The position numbers were made by a program, and so were the translations under genes. The notes under the pieces are model-generated. The model was not told the DNA's origin, did no database searches, and saw only the letters and a list, made by a program, of their open reading frames with translations. A stretch of DNA of 64,000 bases. Source: a virus. Its lineage: Duplodnaviria > Caudoviricetes. Positions 17,654 through 25,894 of this stretch are shown here, one piece after another (position 1 is the first letter of the stretch; each line of letters begins with the position of its first letter). The DNA is taken from IMG/VR virus record IMGVR_UViG_3300009431_000002, positions 64,001 through 128,000 of that record; one strand, given 5' to 3'.

Positions 17654-18252
17654 GCCTTCCTCGTCGGTGCGGGTGGGCAGCGCAGCCGCGGCTTCACCGG
17701 CGCGGGCTGGATCGGTGGCGGCGACGGCGGCCCGTCCCACCAAGTCCTGGTGTAGTCGACCTCCGGCGTGTGGATCCAGACGTTGGGCACGGGCTGGTCC
17801 ACCTCGTGGTCGAAGTGGGCGTGGACTGCGTCCCTCACGTCCGGCCAGTGGTAGTCGTGGCCGGCGATCACACGCGTCTTGGGCGACCAGTCTCGGATGT
17901 CCTGGTCCACAGCGGCGTTGGAGTGGTCCCCGTCGATGAAGACCATGTCGGCGAGCACAGGCACGTGCTTCACGGCCTCGTGGGAGGTCATCTTCAACAT
18001 CACGACGGGCACCTCGAACGCCGCAGCCAGCTGCTGGAAGGTGCGGTAAGCCCACGCGTCCTCCCAGGGGTCGATGGCGTACACGCACTCCAGGCACGGG
18101 GCGTCGAGGACGTAGCTGAGGCTGAGACCGGCGTGGACGCCGATCTCGACGAGCGTGCGGACCTGGTGCTCCAGGATCGTCCGGCGGTACCACTCCCCTT
18201 GCTGGTCGTCGAACCAGCCGGAGGTCTGTACGCCTCGGACGGTCCGGCTCAG
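17650..18252 (-). CDS. class I SAM-dependent methyltransferase (Methyltransf_24-like)
   Basis: LVEIGVHAGLS...YAIDPW...DMVFIDGDHS...IAGHDY; start uncertain (CTG overlapping the upstream stop). Confidence 0.8.
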   Translation of the reverse strand: MSRTVRGVQTSGWFDDQQGEWYRRTILEHQVRTLVEIGVHAGLSLSYVLDAPCLECVYAIDPWEDAWAYRTFQQLAAAFEVPVVMLKMTSHEAVKHVPVLADMVFIDGDHSNAAVDQDIRDWSPKTRVIAGHDYHWPDVRDAVHAHFDHEVDQPVPNVWIHTPEVDYTRTWWDGPPSPPPIQPAPVKPRLRCPPAPTRKA

Positions 18253-18959
18253 CGCAGGTCCCAGCGGAGCGAGGGCACGGCGTCCACCAGCTCCACGTCC
18301 TCGAAGTCCAGGCCGCAGCCCTCGTAGTCGATGGTCACGCCCGGGAACCACACCTGCCCCTCACCAGCGGCCACCGCCAGTACCGTGTCGGTGATGAAGG
18401 ACTCCAGTCCCTGGGTGTCGTCTCCGAGGATCCCCATCCAGATCTCCGCCTGGATGCAAGCCGGGCCCTCGGGCTCCTGGTTCGACATGATGAAGAGCTT
18501 CACAGTGCCCACCGCGGCCGGCACCGTGGACTGCATCACGAGGATCACCTGCTCGTTTGGCTCCACCGGCGGCCACGGGTCGGGCACGTCGTGCATCTCG
18601 AAGCAGCGGTGGACGTCGATGATGCCGCCCTCGAGCGTCAGGTGGCCGTCGGGGTTCACCGCCTCGTCCTTGATGGGGTCCACCCAGGCCGCTGCGATGG
18701 TCAAGGCGCCCTTGGACGGGTCCGCAGCCATGCAGGGGTCGAAGCTGGGCTCGGTGCTCACCGTGGCCCAGGCCTCGGCGAGCTCGATGCCGTACACGGC
18801 CGTCTCGAAGCTCAGCTCGAGGTTGTCGGCGAACTTCTCCGGGTCCATCGGCTCGTCGGGCTGCTGTTCGCCGCCGGTCTCCGCCGGAGTGCGGCAGTCG
18901 GTGTTGCCCATCAGCATGGCCAGCGCGGCCAGCAGCAGGATCTGTGCGAGTCGTCTCAT
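18249..18959 (-). CDS. exported, lipoprotein-like protein
   Basis: MRRLAQILLLAALAMLMGNTDC signal with Cys (non-canonical lipobox); acidic body. Confidence 0.7.
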   Translation of the reverse strand: MRRLAQILLLAALAMLMGNTDCRTPAETGGEQQPDEPMDPEKFADNLELSFETAVYGIELAEAWATVSTEPSFDPCMAADPSKGALTIAAAWVDPIKDEAVNPDGHLTLEGGIIDVHRCFEMHDVPDPWPPVEPNEQVILVMQSTVPAAVGTVKLFIMSNQEPEGPACIQAEIWMGILGDDTQGLESFITDTVLAVAAGEGQVWFPGVTIDYEGCGLDFEDVELVDAVPSLRWDLR

Positions 18960-19054
18960 CGTCCCTTCCTCCCTTTGGGCTTCTCGCCCTTCTTTGTGGT
19001 CTTCTTCACGCGCGCCTTCTTGCGCTTCTTGCTCCCCAAGCGGCGGTGCTTCAC
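18956..19054 (-). CDS. 32-aa highly basic peptide (not in the ORF track)
   Basis: GTG..TGA, overlapping both neighbours by 4 nt; VKHRRLGSKKRKKARVKKTTKKGEKPKGRKGR, 18 of 32 residues K/R. Confidence 0.6.
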   Translation of the reverse strand: MKHRRLGSKKRKKARVKKTTKKGEKPKGRKGR

Positions 19055-19449
19055 TCGGGCACCTCGCCGGCGGAGTCGTCATCGTCAAAGTAGCCCAGGG
19101 ACTCTGCCCACATGGCGTCCCCTTCCGTCGGTGGGTAGTGGGCGTCTTCCTCCCACTCCCAGGGGGTGTCGTAGTAGCCCATGTCGTCGAGCAGGAAGTC
19201 GTCGCGGCTGTCCCCGCGCGTCTGGATCCAGGCGTAGACGCACACGCCCATGAGCGCCACGCCGCAGACAGAGACCATGATCAGCGAGACGCCCTTCACA
19301 CTGAAGAACTTCCCGATCTTCACTTCGCCGACCGACTCGTCCTTGCCGAAGATGGCGAGGAGGAAGCATCCGAGCGCACCCAGGAAGGTGAGCGTGGCGC
19401 CCATGCAGGTACCGGCGAGCAGGAAGATGAAGGTCTCGCTATACCACAT
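19051..19449 (-). CDS. two-TM membrane protein (holin-like candidate)
   Basis: TGATG coupling; two hydrophobic helices and an acidic tail. Confidence 0.65.
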   Translation of the reverse strand: MWYSETFIFLLAGTCMGATLTFLGALGCFLLAIFGKDESVGEVKIGKFFSVKGVSLIMVSVCGVALMGVCVYAWIQTRGDSRDDFLLDDMGYYDTPWEWEEDAHYPPTEGDAMWAESLGYFDDDDSAGEVPE

Positions 19450-19988
19450 CACCACCTCAGCGTGAGGGCGGGCTCCATCGTAGCAGGCTCGTCCTGTGCG
19501 TTGTCCACCAGGGCCACGATGAGGACGGTGACTGCGACGCCGATGCCCACGCCCACACCGAAGAGGATGGGCATGCCCTTCTCAGCGCGGTAGGCCCTGA
19601 GCTCGGCCTTCTCGACCTTCTGCTGCAGAGCGTCGATCTGGATGCCGGTGCCGGTCTCGATGCGCTCCCGGAGCTCCGACTCCTCCGCGTAGAGCGTTCT
19701 GTACTTGGTGTGCCCCGCGGCGTCCTCGATGGTGAGGTCGAAGGCCGTGTCGCCGAACAACGAGCCGAAGTACCACATGCCGGGCACGCAGTCCTGGCTC
19801 TCGTGGGGCACCTCTGGGCAGCGGACGACCGTAGGGAACGGGCCGAACCCATCCAGGATGGGGTCGTCTACAGCGCCCGTCCCCACGGTCTCTCCGTAGT
19901 CTGCTTCCTGGGCCTGGCAGGGCCAGGCGGCGATGACCATGCAGGTCACGGCAACAGCGAGCATGATCACGGCTGCGCGAAAGGTCAT
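19449..19988 (-). CDS. signal peptide + coiled coil + C-terminal TM protein (spanin-like candidate)
   Basis: N-terminal hydrophobic signal, LQQKVEKAELRAY coil, PILFGVGVGIGVAVTVLIVALV TM. Confidence 0.6.
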   Translation of the reverse strand: MTFRAAVIMLAVAVTCMVIAAWPCQAQEADYGETVGTGAVDDPILDGFGPFPTVVRCPEVPHESQDCVPGMWYFGSLFGDTAFDLTIEDAAGHTKYRTLYAEESELRERIETGTGIQIDALQQKVEKAELRAYRAEKGMPILFGVGVGIGVAVTVLIVALVDNAQDEPATMEPALTLRW

Positions 19989-20377
19989 GGTCCCTGCCTC
20001 GCCTTCTCCAGCAGCATCCGCTTGCGCAGGTGCCGGTCGAACACGTCGCTGGACTGGTTGATCTCCTCCAGCTTCGTCGTCACCTGGTCGTGGGCCCAGG
20101 TCGCCTCTCGCTTCTTGACCTCGGCCTCGAGCTTGGCGTCGATGATCGACTCCTTGGCTCCCTCGATGACCTTGTCCAGCGGGTCGTCGCGCTTCACCGA
20201 CCCTCCCCTGCGCCCCAGGACCACCAGGACGAGCACGAGGAGGCTGACTGCGATGACGACGAAGGCCGGCCACCACGTCTTGATGAACGGACGAGTGGCC
20301 GGGAGGGCGTAGAGCACGCCGATGGCCGCGCAAACGCTGATGGCGGCGGCGATGAGGACAATGGCCCAGGGATCCAT
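19985..20377 (-). CDS. membrane-anchored coiled-coil protein (i-spanin-like candidate)
   Basis: Two N-terminal TMs then a coiled coil; downstream of the endolysin. Confidence 0.6.
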   Translation of the reverse strand: MDPWAIVLIAAAISVCAAIGVLYALPATRPFIKTWWPAFVVIAVSLLVLVLVVLGRRGGSVKRDDPLDKVIEGAKESIIDAKLEAEVKKREATWAHDQVTTKLEEINQSSDVFDRHLRKRMLLEKARQGP

Positions 20378-20472
20378 CAGCTCACTCCAATCCAGACCAG
20401 GAGACCGAGGACCAAGGCAGCCCAGAACTCCAGGCTGCCGAGGTCCACGTCCCCTGGCAGGTACTCCAGCAT
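20377..20472 (-). CDS. 31-aa single-TM peptide (not in the ORF track)
   Basis: TGATG coupling at both ends; MLEYLPGDVDLGSLEFWAALVLGLLVWIGVS. Confidence 0.6.
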   Translation of the reverse strand: MLEYLPGDVDLGSLEFWAALVLGLLVWIGVS

Positions 20473-21377
20473 CAGGCGACGCCGGCGGCCTTGGCCCTCG
20501 CCACGGCGTCAGCGATCTTGGCGCCGTAGTCCTGGGCCTTGCCCGGGCCGTTGTAGTACCGGGCGAATGTGACGTAGTCGCCGTCCTTGAGCGCCTGGTG
20601 CATCTTGACGTTGCTCTCGATGAACTCGAACATGCCGTCGATCTGCTCGGCGGCGGACTTGGACCACGCGTTGACCATGGCCACGGCGTTGTCGTAGCCG
20701 CAGGTCTCGGCGTTGAAGCCCATCATCTGGGGCAGGCCGAACGAGGTGGCGTCGTAGGCGGCCTCGGCGTCCAGGGACACGGCCAGGGCCAGCACCTTCC
20801 ACTCGTTCTTCTGGGTGCCGTGGCACTTCTCCCACTCGCCGTCGGGCTCGAAGCGCACCATGTGGCCGGTCCAGCGCTTGTCGGCGTTGTACTTGAAGTG
20901 CTGACGGAACTTGGCCTTGTTCGCCTCGCTCTTCTTGCCCCAGTAGTCCCAGAACACGTGGTTCTCGAACCGGGCCAGGAGGGCGCCCTTGTAGCCGAAG
21001 GCCATCCCGCCGGCCTCGACGAGCAGCACGGCCAGCACGGCCGACGGGGCGAACCCCATCTCGACCGCCTGCTCCTGCAGCACCTTGCCGTACTTGTTCC
21101 AGGTCTGCGCGAGGCGGGAGCCACCGCTCAGCAGGGTGTCCGGCTCCATGCCGGTCTTGGGCGGGTCGTCGATCAGCTTGAGCCAGATGTGCGGGCCGAC
21201 AGCGCCGTCGAAGGTGAGGTCGTTCTTCCGGCAGAAGTCCTTGACCGCACGCTCGGTGCCGCGGCCGAAGATGCCGTCGGGCCGACCGGCGTTGCAGTTG
21301 TGGATGTTCAGCCGCTCCTGCAGCTCCTTGACGGTGTCGTTGCGGTCGCCACGCTTCACGATGTCTCTGCTTGTCAC
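20472..21377 (-). CDS. endolysin: peptidoglycan-binding domain + N-acetylmuramidase (DUF3380-type)
   Basis: VKRGDRNDTVKELQERL...DGIFGRGTERAVKDF...DGAVGPHIW (PG_binding_1); VEAGG...RFENHVFW...SFGLPQMMGFN...FARYYNGPG. Confidence 0.9.
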   Translation of the reverse strand: MTSRDIVKRGDRNDTVKELQERLNIHNCNAGRPDGIFGRGTERAVKDFCRKNDLTFDGAVGPHIWLKLIDDPPKTGMEPDTLLSGGSRLAQTWNKYGKVLQEQAVEMGFAPSAVLAVLLVEAGGMAFGYKGALLARFENHVFWDYWGKKSEANKAKFRQHFKYNADKRWTGHMVRFEPDGEWEKCHGTQKNEWKVLALAVSLDAEAAYDATSFGLPQMMGFNAETCGYDNAVAMVNAWSKSAAEQIDGMFEFIESNVKMHQALKDGDYVTFARYYNGPGKAQDYGAKIADAVARAKAAGVA

Positions 21378-21793
21378 GTCGTCTCCTTGATGAGTCTGTG
21401 GTACCCCTCGGCAGTGAGGTCCCGTTGTAGTTCCTTCAGGCTGCCAGCACCATAGACTGCGCGCAACAGCTTGTCGCGGTCCTCACGTAAGTGCGTCTCG
21501 TTGCGGACGTGCTGCTCGGCCGTCGCCTTCCACGCCACGGCATCTGGATGGACGGGGTCGCCCTGCTCGACGCAGGTTTTGCCGACCTGGGAGCACTGGA
21601 TGGTCGGCACCCCGCCCAGCATCCGAGCGTCCTCATCAGCGAGGTTGACGGTGGTGCCGTCCTCCACGGGAACCCACGCGGGGTCGTCGAGGTCCTGCTC
21701 TTCGAGGACGAACAAGTCGCCCTTCCTGAGCTCCATGAAGTCGACCGCCACCTTGTCGAGGCGGTGGCACTTGCGCGTCTTCGGGTCGCTCAC
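21374..21793 (-). CDS. hypothetical protein
   Basis: GTGA overlap. Confidence 0.65.
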   Translation of the reverse strand: MSDPKTRKCHRLDKVAVDFMELRKGDLFVLEEQDLDDPAWVPVEDGTTVNLADEDARMLGGVPTIQCSQVGKTCVEQGDPVHPDAVAWKATAEQHVRNETHLREDRDKLLRAVYGAGSLKELQRDLTAEGYHRLIKETT

Positions 21794-22017
21794 GGCTCGC
21801 GCACCTCGATGGGGTCCCACTCGCAGCCCTTGGGCGCGCCGGGGCAAGCGAGGATCCAGCTCTCGCCGGTCCGGGGGTTGAAACGGATGCACTCGTGGTC
21901 CGAGCACTCCACGTCGTAGAGCACTGGGCCATCGCTCGATGCGTCCGCGTCGAGGAGCACACCGACGCCGATGCAGGCGGTGGCGAGGATGACCGCCAGG
22001 AAAGTGTTGAGCTTCAT
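21790..22017 (-). CDS. small exported protein
   Basis: MKLNTFLAVILATACIGVG signal; RFNPRTGESW. Confidence 0.7.
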   Translation of the reverse strand: MKLNTFLAVILATACIGVGVLLDADASSDGPVLYDVECSDHECIRFNPRTGESWILACPGAPKGCEWDPIEVREP

Positions 22018-22526
22018 GTCCTGTCCTCCCTCGGGTAGCGGACCTCGATGGCTGTGCGCGCCACCTCGTAGTCACCCTCGACGTCCGTCGTCATGTGGAT
22101 GCGCGCCGGAAGGCCATCCTCGTTCGGTGACAGCACGTGGATGAGCTTGTGCTCCGACTCGGGCTTCCCGTCTTCCCCCGGGAAGCTCACCGTGCCGACG
22201 ATCATCAGTTCGTGGGCCAGCATGGGCCACCGCTTGCTGGGGTAGTCGCCCGACGCACCCACACCGCCCACCCACGGCACGCCAATCACCGGCAGATCCC
22301 CGGTGACGTCGACGAACACCTCCGGCACGAAGTCTCCCCACTGCTGGTGGTCTCGGCCGGTCTTCTGCCACCGTCGGGCAGCGACCATGCCTGCGTCGAC
22401 GGCCCGGATGCCCTCGTCGGGGCGCTGGACATCCACGATGAAGTGGAACACCCCTGAGTCGTCGCGCATCTCCACGACAATCCGCTTGTGGCCTCTGCCG
22501 ACGACGGCATCGCCGACCCCCGTCAT
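22014..22526 (-). CDS. hypothetical protein
   Basis: GGAG RBS; ATGA overlaps. Confidence 0.7.
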   Translation of the reverse strand: MTGVGDAVVGRGHKRIVVEMRDDSGVFHFIVDVQRPDEGIRAVDAGMVAARRWQKTGRDHQQWGDFVPEVFVDVTGDLPVIGVPWVGGVGASGDYPSKRWPMLAHELMIVGTVSFPGEDGKPESEHKLIHVLSPNEDGLPARIHMTTDVEGDYEVARTAIEVRYPREDRT

Positions 22527-23173
22527 GTCCAGATCTCCTGCACCCAGCGGCACTCCTTGGGCTTGGGTCCACGGACGCCCGTGTGGTCCTTGTACATCAG
22601 CCGCCAGGGGTGAACGGGGTCATGGCCAAGCAGCAGTCCATGCCCGAGCTCGTGGGCGAGGACGCAGACGCTGTCGAACTTGGACAGGTCGTCAGGGATG
22701 AAGATGCGGCCGGCGATGACCTTGCGGCTGAGGTTCCAGAACAGCTCGCAGTCGCCGAGCTCCTCCCCCTTGCCCTGCGGCGACGTGGATGTGTCGCCGT
22801 GGACGCCGAACCCGCCGACGGTGCTGGCGCCGAACTGGGTCTTGCCGTCGAGCGGCTCGAAGTCCCGGCACCCCACCATCAAGTCCTTGCTGCCCAGGTA
22901 GTCGAAGTCCACCAGCATGAAGGCGGGGCCGATGCCGGCGCGCTTCTTGAGCCGGTGGTTCCAGATCTCCGTGGCGCGGCGCAGCGCGTCCTGGACGTGG
23001 TCCGGTGTGTCGGGCCACCAGCCCACGCGCAGGGGCAGCGGGTGCTCTGGAAGCAGGACGGGCTGGGCCATCTGGGCCTTGCGCAGCTTGCGCGGGCGCC
23101 CAACCAACTCCTCGGCCATGTCCGGGTCCAGCGGGACCCGCAGGCGAATCTTCTCAGCGGTCAGCGGCATCAC
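22523..23173 (-). CDS. metzincin (matrixin/M10-like) zinc metalloprotease
   Basis: VLAHELGHGLLLGH (HExxHxxxxxH variant) followed by the Met-turn RLMY. Confidence 0.8.
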   Translation of the reverse strand: MMPLTAEKIRLRVPLDPDMAEELVGRPRKLRKAQMAQPVLLPEHPLPLRVGWWPDTPDHVQDALRRATEIWNHRLKKRAGIGPAFMLVDFDYLGSKDLMVGCRDFEPLDGKTQFGASTVGGFGVHGDTSTSPQGKGEELGDCELFWNLSRKVIAGRIFIPDDLSKFDSVCVLAHELGHGLLLGHDPVHPWRLMYKDHTGVRGPKPKECRWVQEIWT

Positions 23174-23528
23174 TTCCCCCAGCGGCCTTGAGCCTACGAT
23201 CTCGTTCCACCAGTGCCAAGACGATCTCCTCCTCGCCCATGCCCCGGGCCACCATCTGTCGGATGGCCTCGTCCTCGGGCAGGGCGTCGAGGACGGCCGT
23301 GGTCGGTAGGGCGATGGGCTTGCCGTCGATGGTCACCCGCCACGGCTCGACGAGCTGAACGGCCCCCTCGTCGCCGACGAGCGTGAACGTGCAGTGCCCG
23401 TACTCCAGCAGCTGCATGACGAGCAGGGCGCCGAGCTCCCACCGACAGGCCTCCGAGGTCATCGTCTTTCGGTCGATGGGGACCTCTTCCGAGGCCGTCT
23501 TGGCGCGCTGCTTTGACTTGACTCGCAT
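23154..23528 (-). CDS. hypothetical protein, first gene of the leftward operon
   Basis: GC3-rich; ATG 23528 (alternative GTG 23534). Confidence 0.7.
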   Translation of the reverse strand: MRVKSKQRAKTASEEVPIDRKTMTSEACRWELGALLVMQLLEYGHCTFTLVGDEGAVQLVEPWRVTIDGKPIALPTTAVLDALPEDEAIRQMVARGMGEEEIVLALVERDRRLKAAGGSDAADR

Positions 23529-23535
23529 CGGCACG

Positions 23536-23565
23536 AGTATCGTTCCGTAGCGTTCAGTCTGTCAA
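23536..23565 (-). promoter_or_regulatory. sigma70-type promoter
   Basis: TTGACA (23565-23560), 18-nt spacer, GATACT (23541-23536). Confidence 0.6.
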
Positions 23566-23632
23566 CCGATTCCATGACAAACTCCAGGCTGTTGCAACGG
23601 AAACTCCTCTACGAGAGGCAGGGCACCTTGGG

Positions 23633-23657
23633 GGTCGACGACACTGTGTCGTCGACC
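23633..23657. repeat. perfect 25-bp palindrome GGTCGACGACAC-T-GTGTCGTCGACC (operator-like)
   Basis: Read directly; intergenic, between divergent promoters. Confidence 0.85.
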
Positions 23658-23710
23658 AGTCGAGGCGAACTGCGACGGGGCAACGAAGCGAAAGCTGCGA
23701 GTTGTTCGCT

Positions 23711-23745
23711 ATAAGGGCCCCAACTAGCAATCACCTGGAGGTACC
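23711..23745 (+). promoter_or_regulatory. ATAAGG-class promoter + RBS
   Basis: GTTG..ATAAGG 23711-23716, then CAAC and GGAGG; GTG start 35 nt downstream. Confidence 0.55.
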
Positions 23746-24696
23746 GTGAATCAGATCCCCACCATGCGGATGAGCATCGAGGACTCCATCGTCCTCAATG
23801 AGCCGCCGTACGTGGACGCGACCGGCCTGGCCGCGTTCCTCGCAGACCACCTGAAGTTCGTCCCGACCGTGCTGTACGGCCCCAAGGGCATCGGCAAGAC
23901 GCTGTGCCTCGAGTGGCTGGCGCACACGCTCAACCTCGCCAACCTGCAGGTCTCGTGCACCGAGGGGACCAAGGAGAAGCACCTCTTCGGTGCCATGGCC
24001 CCGAGCGACACTCCCGACCAGTACTGGTTCGTCCTCGGAGCCCTGGCCGCGGCCACCGACATGGCCAACGAGATCGCCAAGACCAAGGAGTGCGACGGCG
24101 TGATGCTGCGACTCGGCGAGGTCAACGCCCTGACGCCCCAGATGCAGAAGTCGCTCAACGCCTTCACGGACTGGCAGCAGGCCGTTCACCTCCCGCAGAT
24201 CGGGCGGGCGCTCCAGCTCGCCGAGGAGGCCAGGGTCTGGGTCGTCGCCGACATGAATCCCAGCGCCCACGGCGGCGTCTTCGACCTCAACGAGGACCTC
24301 AAGTCCAGGTTCCAGGAGGTGTGGCTCTCCTACCCGCACCCCACGCAGGAGCGCGTCATCCTCAACACGGTCGTGCCCGGCATCGACAGCGACGTCATCA
24401 CCAACATGCTCGACCTCGCCACCCAGACGCGGCAGGGCTCACTGTCCTACGCGCTGTCGACCCGCGACCTCGTCGCCTGCCTCCAGAACGCCTATGGCCG
24501 CGACGACAACAAGCCCATGGGCCTGGACAAGGCGCTCAAGCTCCTGTCCTACCGCTACACCGAGGGCGAGGACCGCGACGCCTTCCACGCGCGGACCAAG
24601 GCCAAGACCGACATCGACCTGGCCGGCATCGCGTTGATGACCCCGCCCAACCTCTCGTCGCCGGCGACGCCCGGCCGCGCCCGGGCATCGATCTGA
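23746..24696 (+). CDS. MoxR-family AAA+ ATPase (CbbQ/NirQ/NorQ/CobS-like)
   Basis: YGPKGIGKT; LRLGEVN (degenerate Walker B); ADMNPSAHGGVFDLNEDLKSRF; LSTRDL. Confidence 0.85.
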   Translation: MNQIPTMRMSIEDSIVLNEPPYVDATGLAAFLADHLKFVPTVLYGPKGIGKTLCLEWLAHTLNLANLQVSCTEGTKEKHLFGAMAPSDTPDQYWFVLGALAAATDMANEIAKTKECDGVMLRLGEVNALTPQMQKSLNAFTDWQQAVHLPQIGRALQLAEEARVWVVADMNPSAHGGVFDLNEDLKSRFQEVWLSYPHPTQERVILNTVVPGIDSDVITNMLDLATQTRQGSLSYALSTRDLVACLQNAYGRDDNKPMGLDKALKLLSYRYTEGEDRDAFHARTKAKTDIDLAGIALMTPPNLSSPATPGRARASI

Positions 24697-24947
24697 TGCC
24701 TGACGACAAGCACAAGACCCGCTGGCTCCAGATCGGCGAGCTCTGGGTGAAGGAGGGCGACGTCTCCGACCTCAAGGCCAGCGGCTTCCTCAGCATGGGG
24801 CTGCTCGGCGAGGTCTCCGTCATCCTGCGGCCGCAGAGGCACGACACCAGCCGGCTCAGCATCCTCATCGCCAAGGACAGCACGCCGCTCAAGCTGCTCG
24901 AGCGGCTCGTCAAGGCCGTGGAGGGAGGTGAAGATGTCCCATTCTGA
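24696..24947 (+). CDS. hypothetical protein
   Basis: TGATG coupling. Confidence 0.7.
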   Translation: MPDDKHKTRWLQIGELWVKEGDVSDLKASGFLSMGLLGEVSVILRPQRHDTSRLSILIAKDSTPLKLLERLVKAVEGGEDVPF

Positions 24948-25347
24948 CCCGTTCGGCGCGTTCCGCGGCCGCGACGTCCCGCACGCCTGGAACTGCGGCC
25001 ACTGCGGCGCCGAGGGCAAGGGCCACGAGCTCCTGCTGGACTCCGGCGGCGACTGGCACTGCCCCGACTGCTGCTCGAGCTCCGACCTCGACCTCGGCCT
25101 GCCTGCGCCCCTGGCGCTGGTTCGCATCACCATCCCGGCCTACACCGTCCAGTGCCTCCGTGGCGCCTTCCAGCTGGCCGAGGGTGAAGAACTGAGGCTC
25201 GTTCAGGTCCTCGACCTCATCGGCGACGAGATCCAGGTCTACGGCCGTGAGCACGACCGCGAGGTCCTCGACGCCGTGCCCATCCAGATCGCCACCACCG
25301 TCAAGATCATCGAGCCCGAGGACGAGCCATGCCCGACATCCGAGTAG
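24934..25347 (+). CDS. Zn-ribbon hypothetical protein
   Basis: GGAGG RBS; NCGHCG...WHCPDC. Confidence 0.7.
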   Translation: MSHSDPFGAFRGRDVPHAWNCGHCGAEGKGHELLLDSGGDWHCPDCCSSSDLDLGLPAPLALVRITIPAYTVQCLRGAFQLAEGEELRLVQVLDLIGDEIQVYGREHDREVLDAVPIQIATTVKIIEPEDEPCPTSE

Positions 25348-25685
25348 AGCTGGCCTTCGACGCCTTCGACATCGACGAGCAGTACACCACCGAAGACGCG
25401 CTGATCGCCGCCTGCGCACAGGTGAGCGAGCGCATCCCAGGCCTGGACCCCCGCACCGCCTTCACCTGCACTATGCCCAACGGCGACCGCTTCCTCGTCG
25501 ACTACTTCGAGGCCGACGTGCACGGCAGCCCCAAGATCACGGAGCTCGACCTCCCGCCCGAGAAGAGCGAGGAGGAACAGGAACTGGAGCGGCTGGAGGC
25601 TGCGCTCGAGGAGAGCGGTGGTCGTGGCGTCGAGCTGGCTGAGCGCATCGACGAGCTCCGACGCGACCTCGGGAAGGAGCTCTGA
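25329..25685 (+). CDS. acidic hypothetical protein
   Basis: GC3-rich codons. Confidence 0.7.
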   Translation: MPDIRVELAFDAFDIDEQYTTEDALIAACAQVSERIPGLDPRTAFTCTMPNGDRFLVDYFEADVHGSPKITELDLPPEKSEEEQELERLEAALEESGGRGVELAERIDELRRDLGKEL

Positions 25686-25894
25686 TGCCTGACCCGACCA
25701 AGCCCGACTTCTCCCGCGTCGTCGAGATGGCCGAAGGGACCTGGAACTCCACCGAGATCGCCCTGTACACCGACCGCCTGACAGACGAGCAGCAGGCGGA
25801 GATCCGCCGCATCCTCGTCGACGCCACTGCCGAGTACGCCGCCAAGGTCGCGGAGGCCTGGACCCTCGTCCTCAACTCGTGGAAGGAGGCCTGA
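25685..25894 (+). CDS. small hypothetical protein
   Basis: TGATG coupling. Confidence 0.7.
   Translation: MPDPTKPDFSRVVEMAEGTWNSTEIALYTDRLTDEQQAEIRRILVDATAEYAAKVAEAWTLVLNSWKEA

Noticed and set aside
16026-18252. DNA methyltransferase or base-hypermodification call for the MTase/GT trio
   Set aside because: No DPPY/NPPY/PC catalytic motifs and no adjacent nucleotide-modification genes; small-molecule or sugar methyltransferase families fit better.
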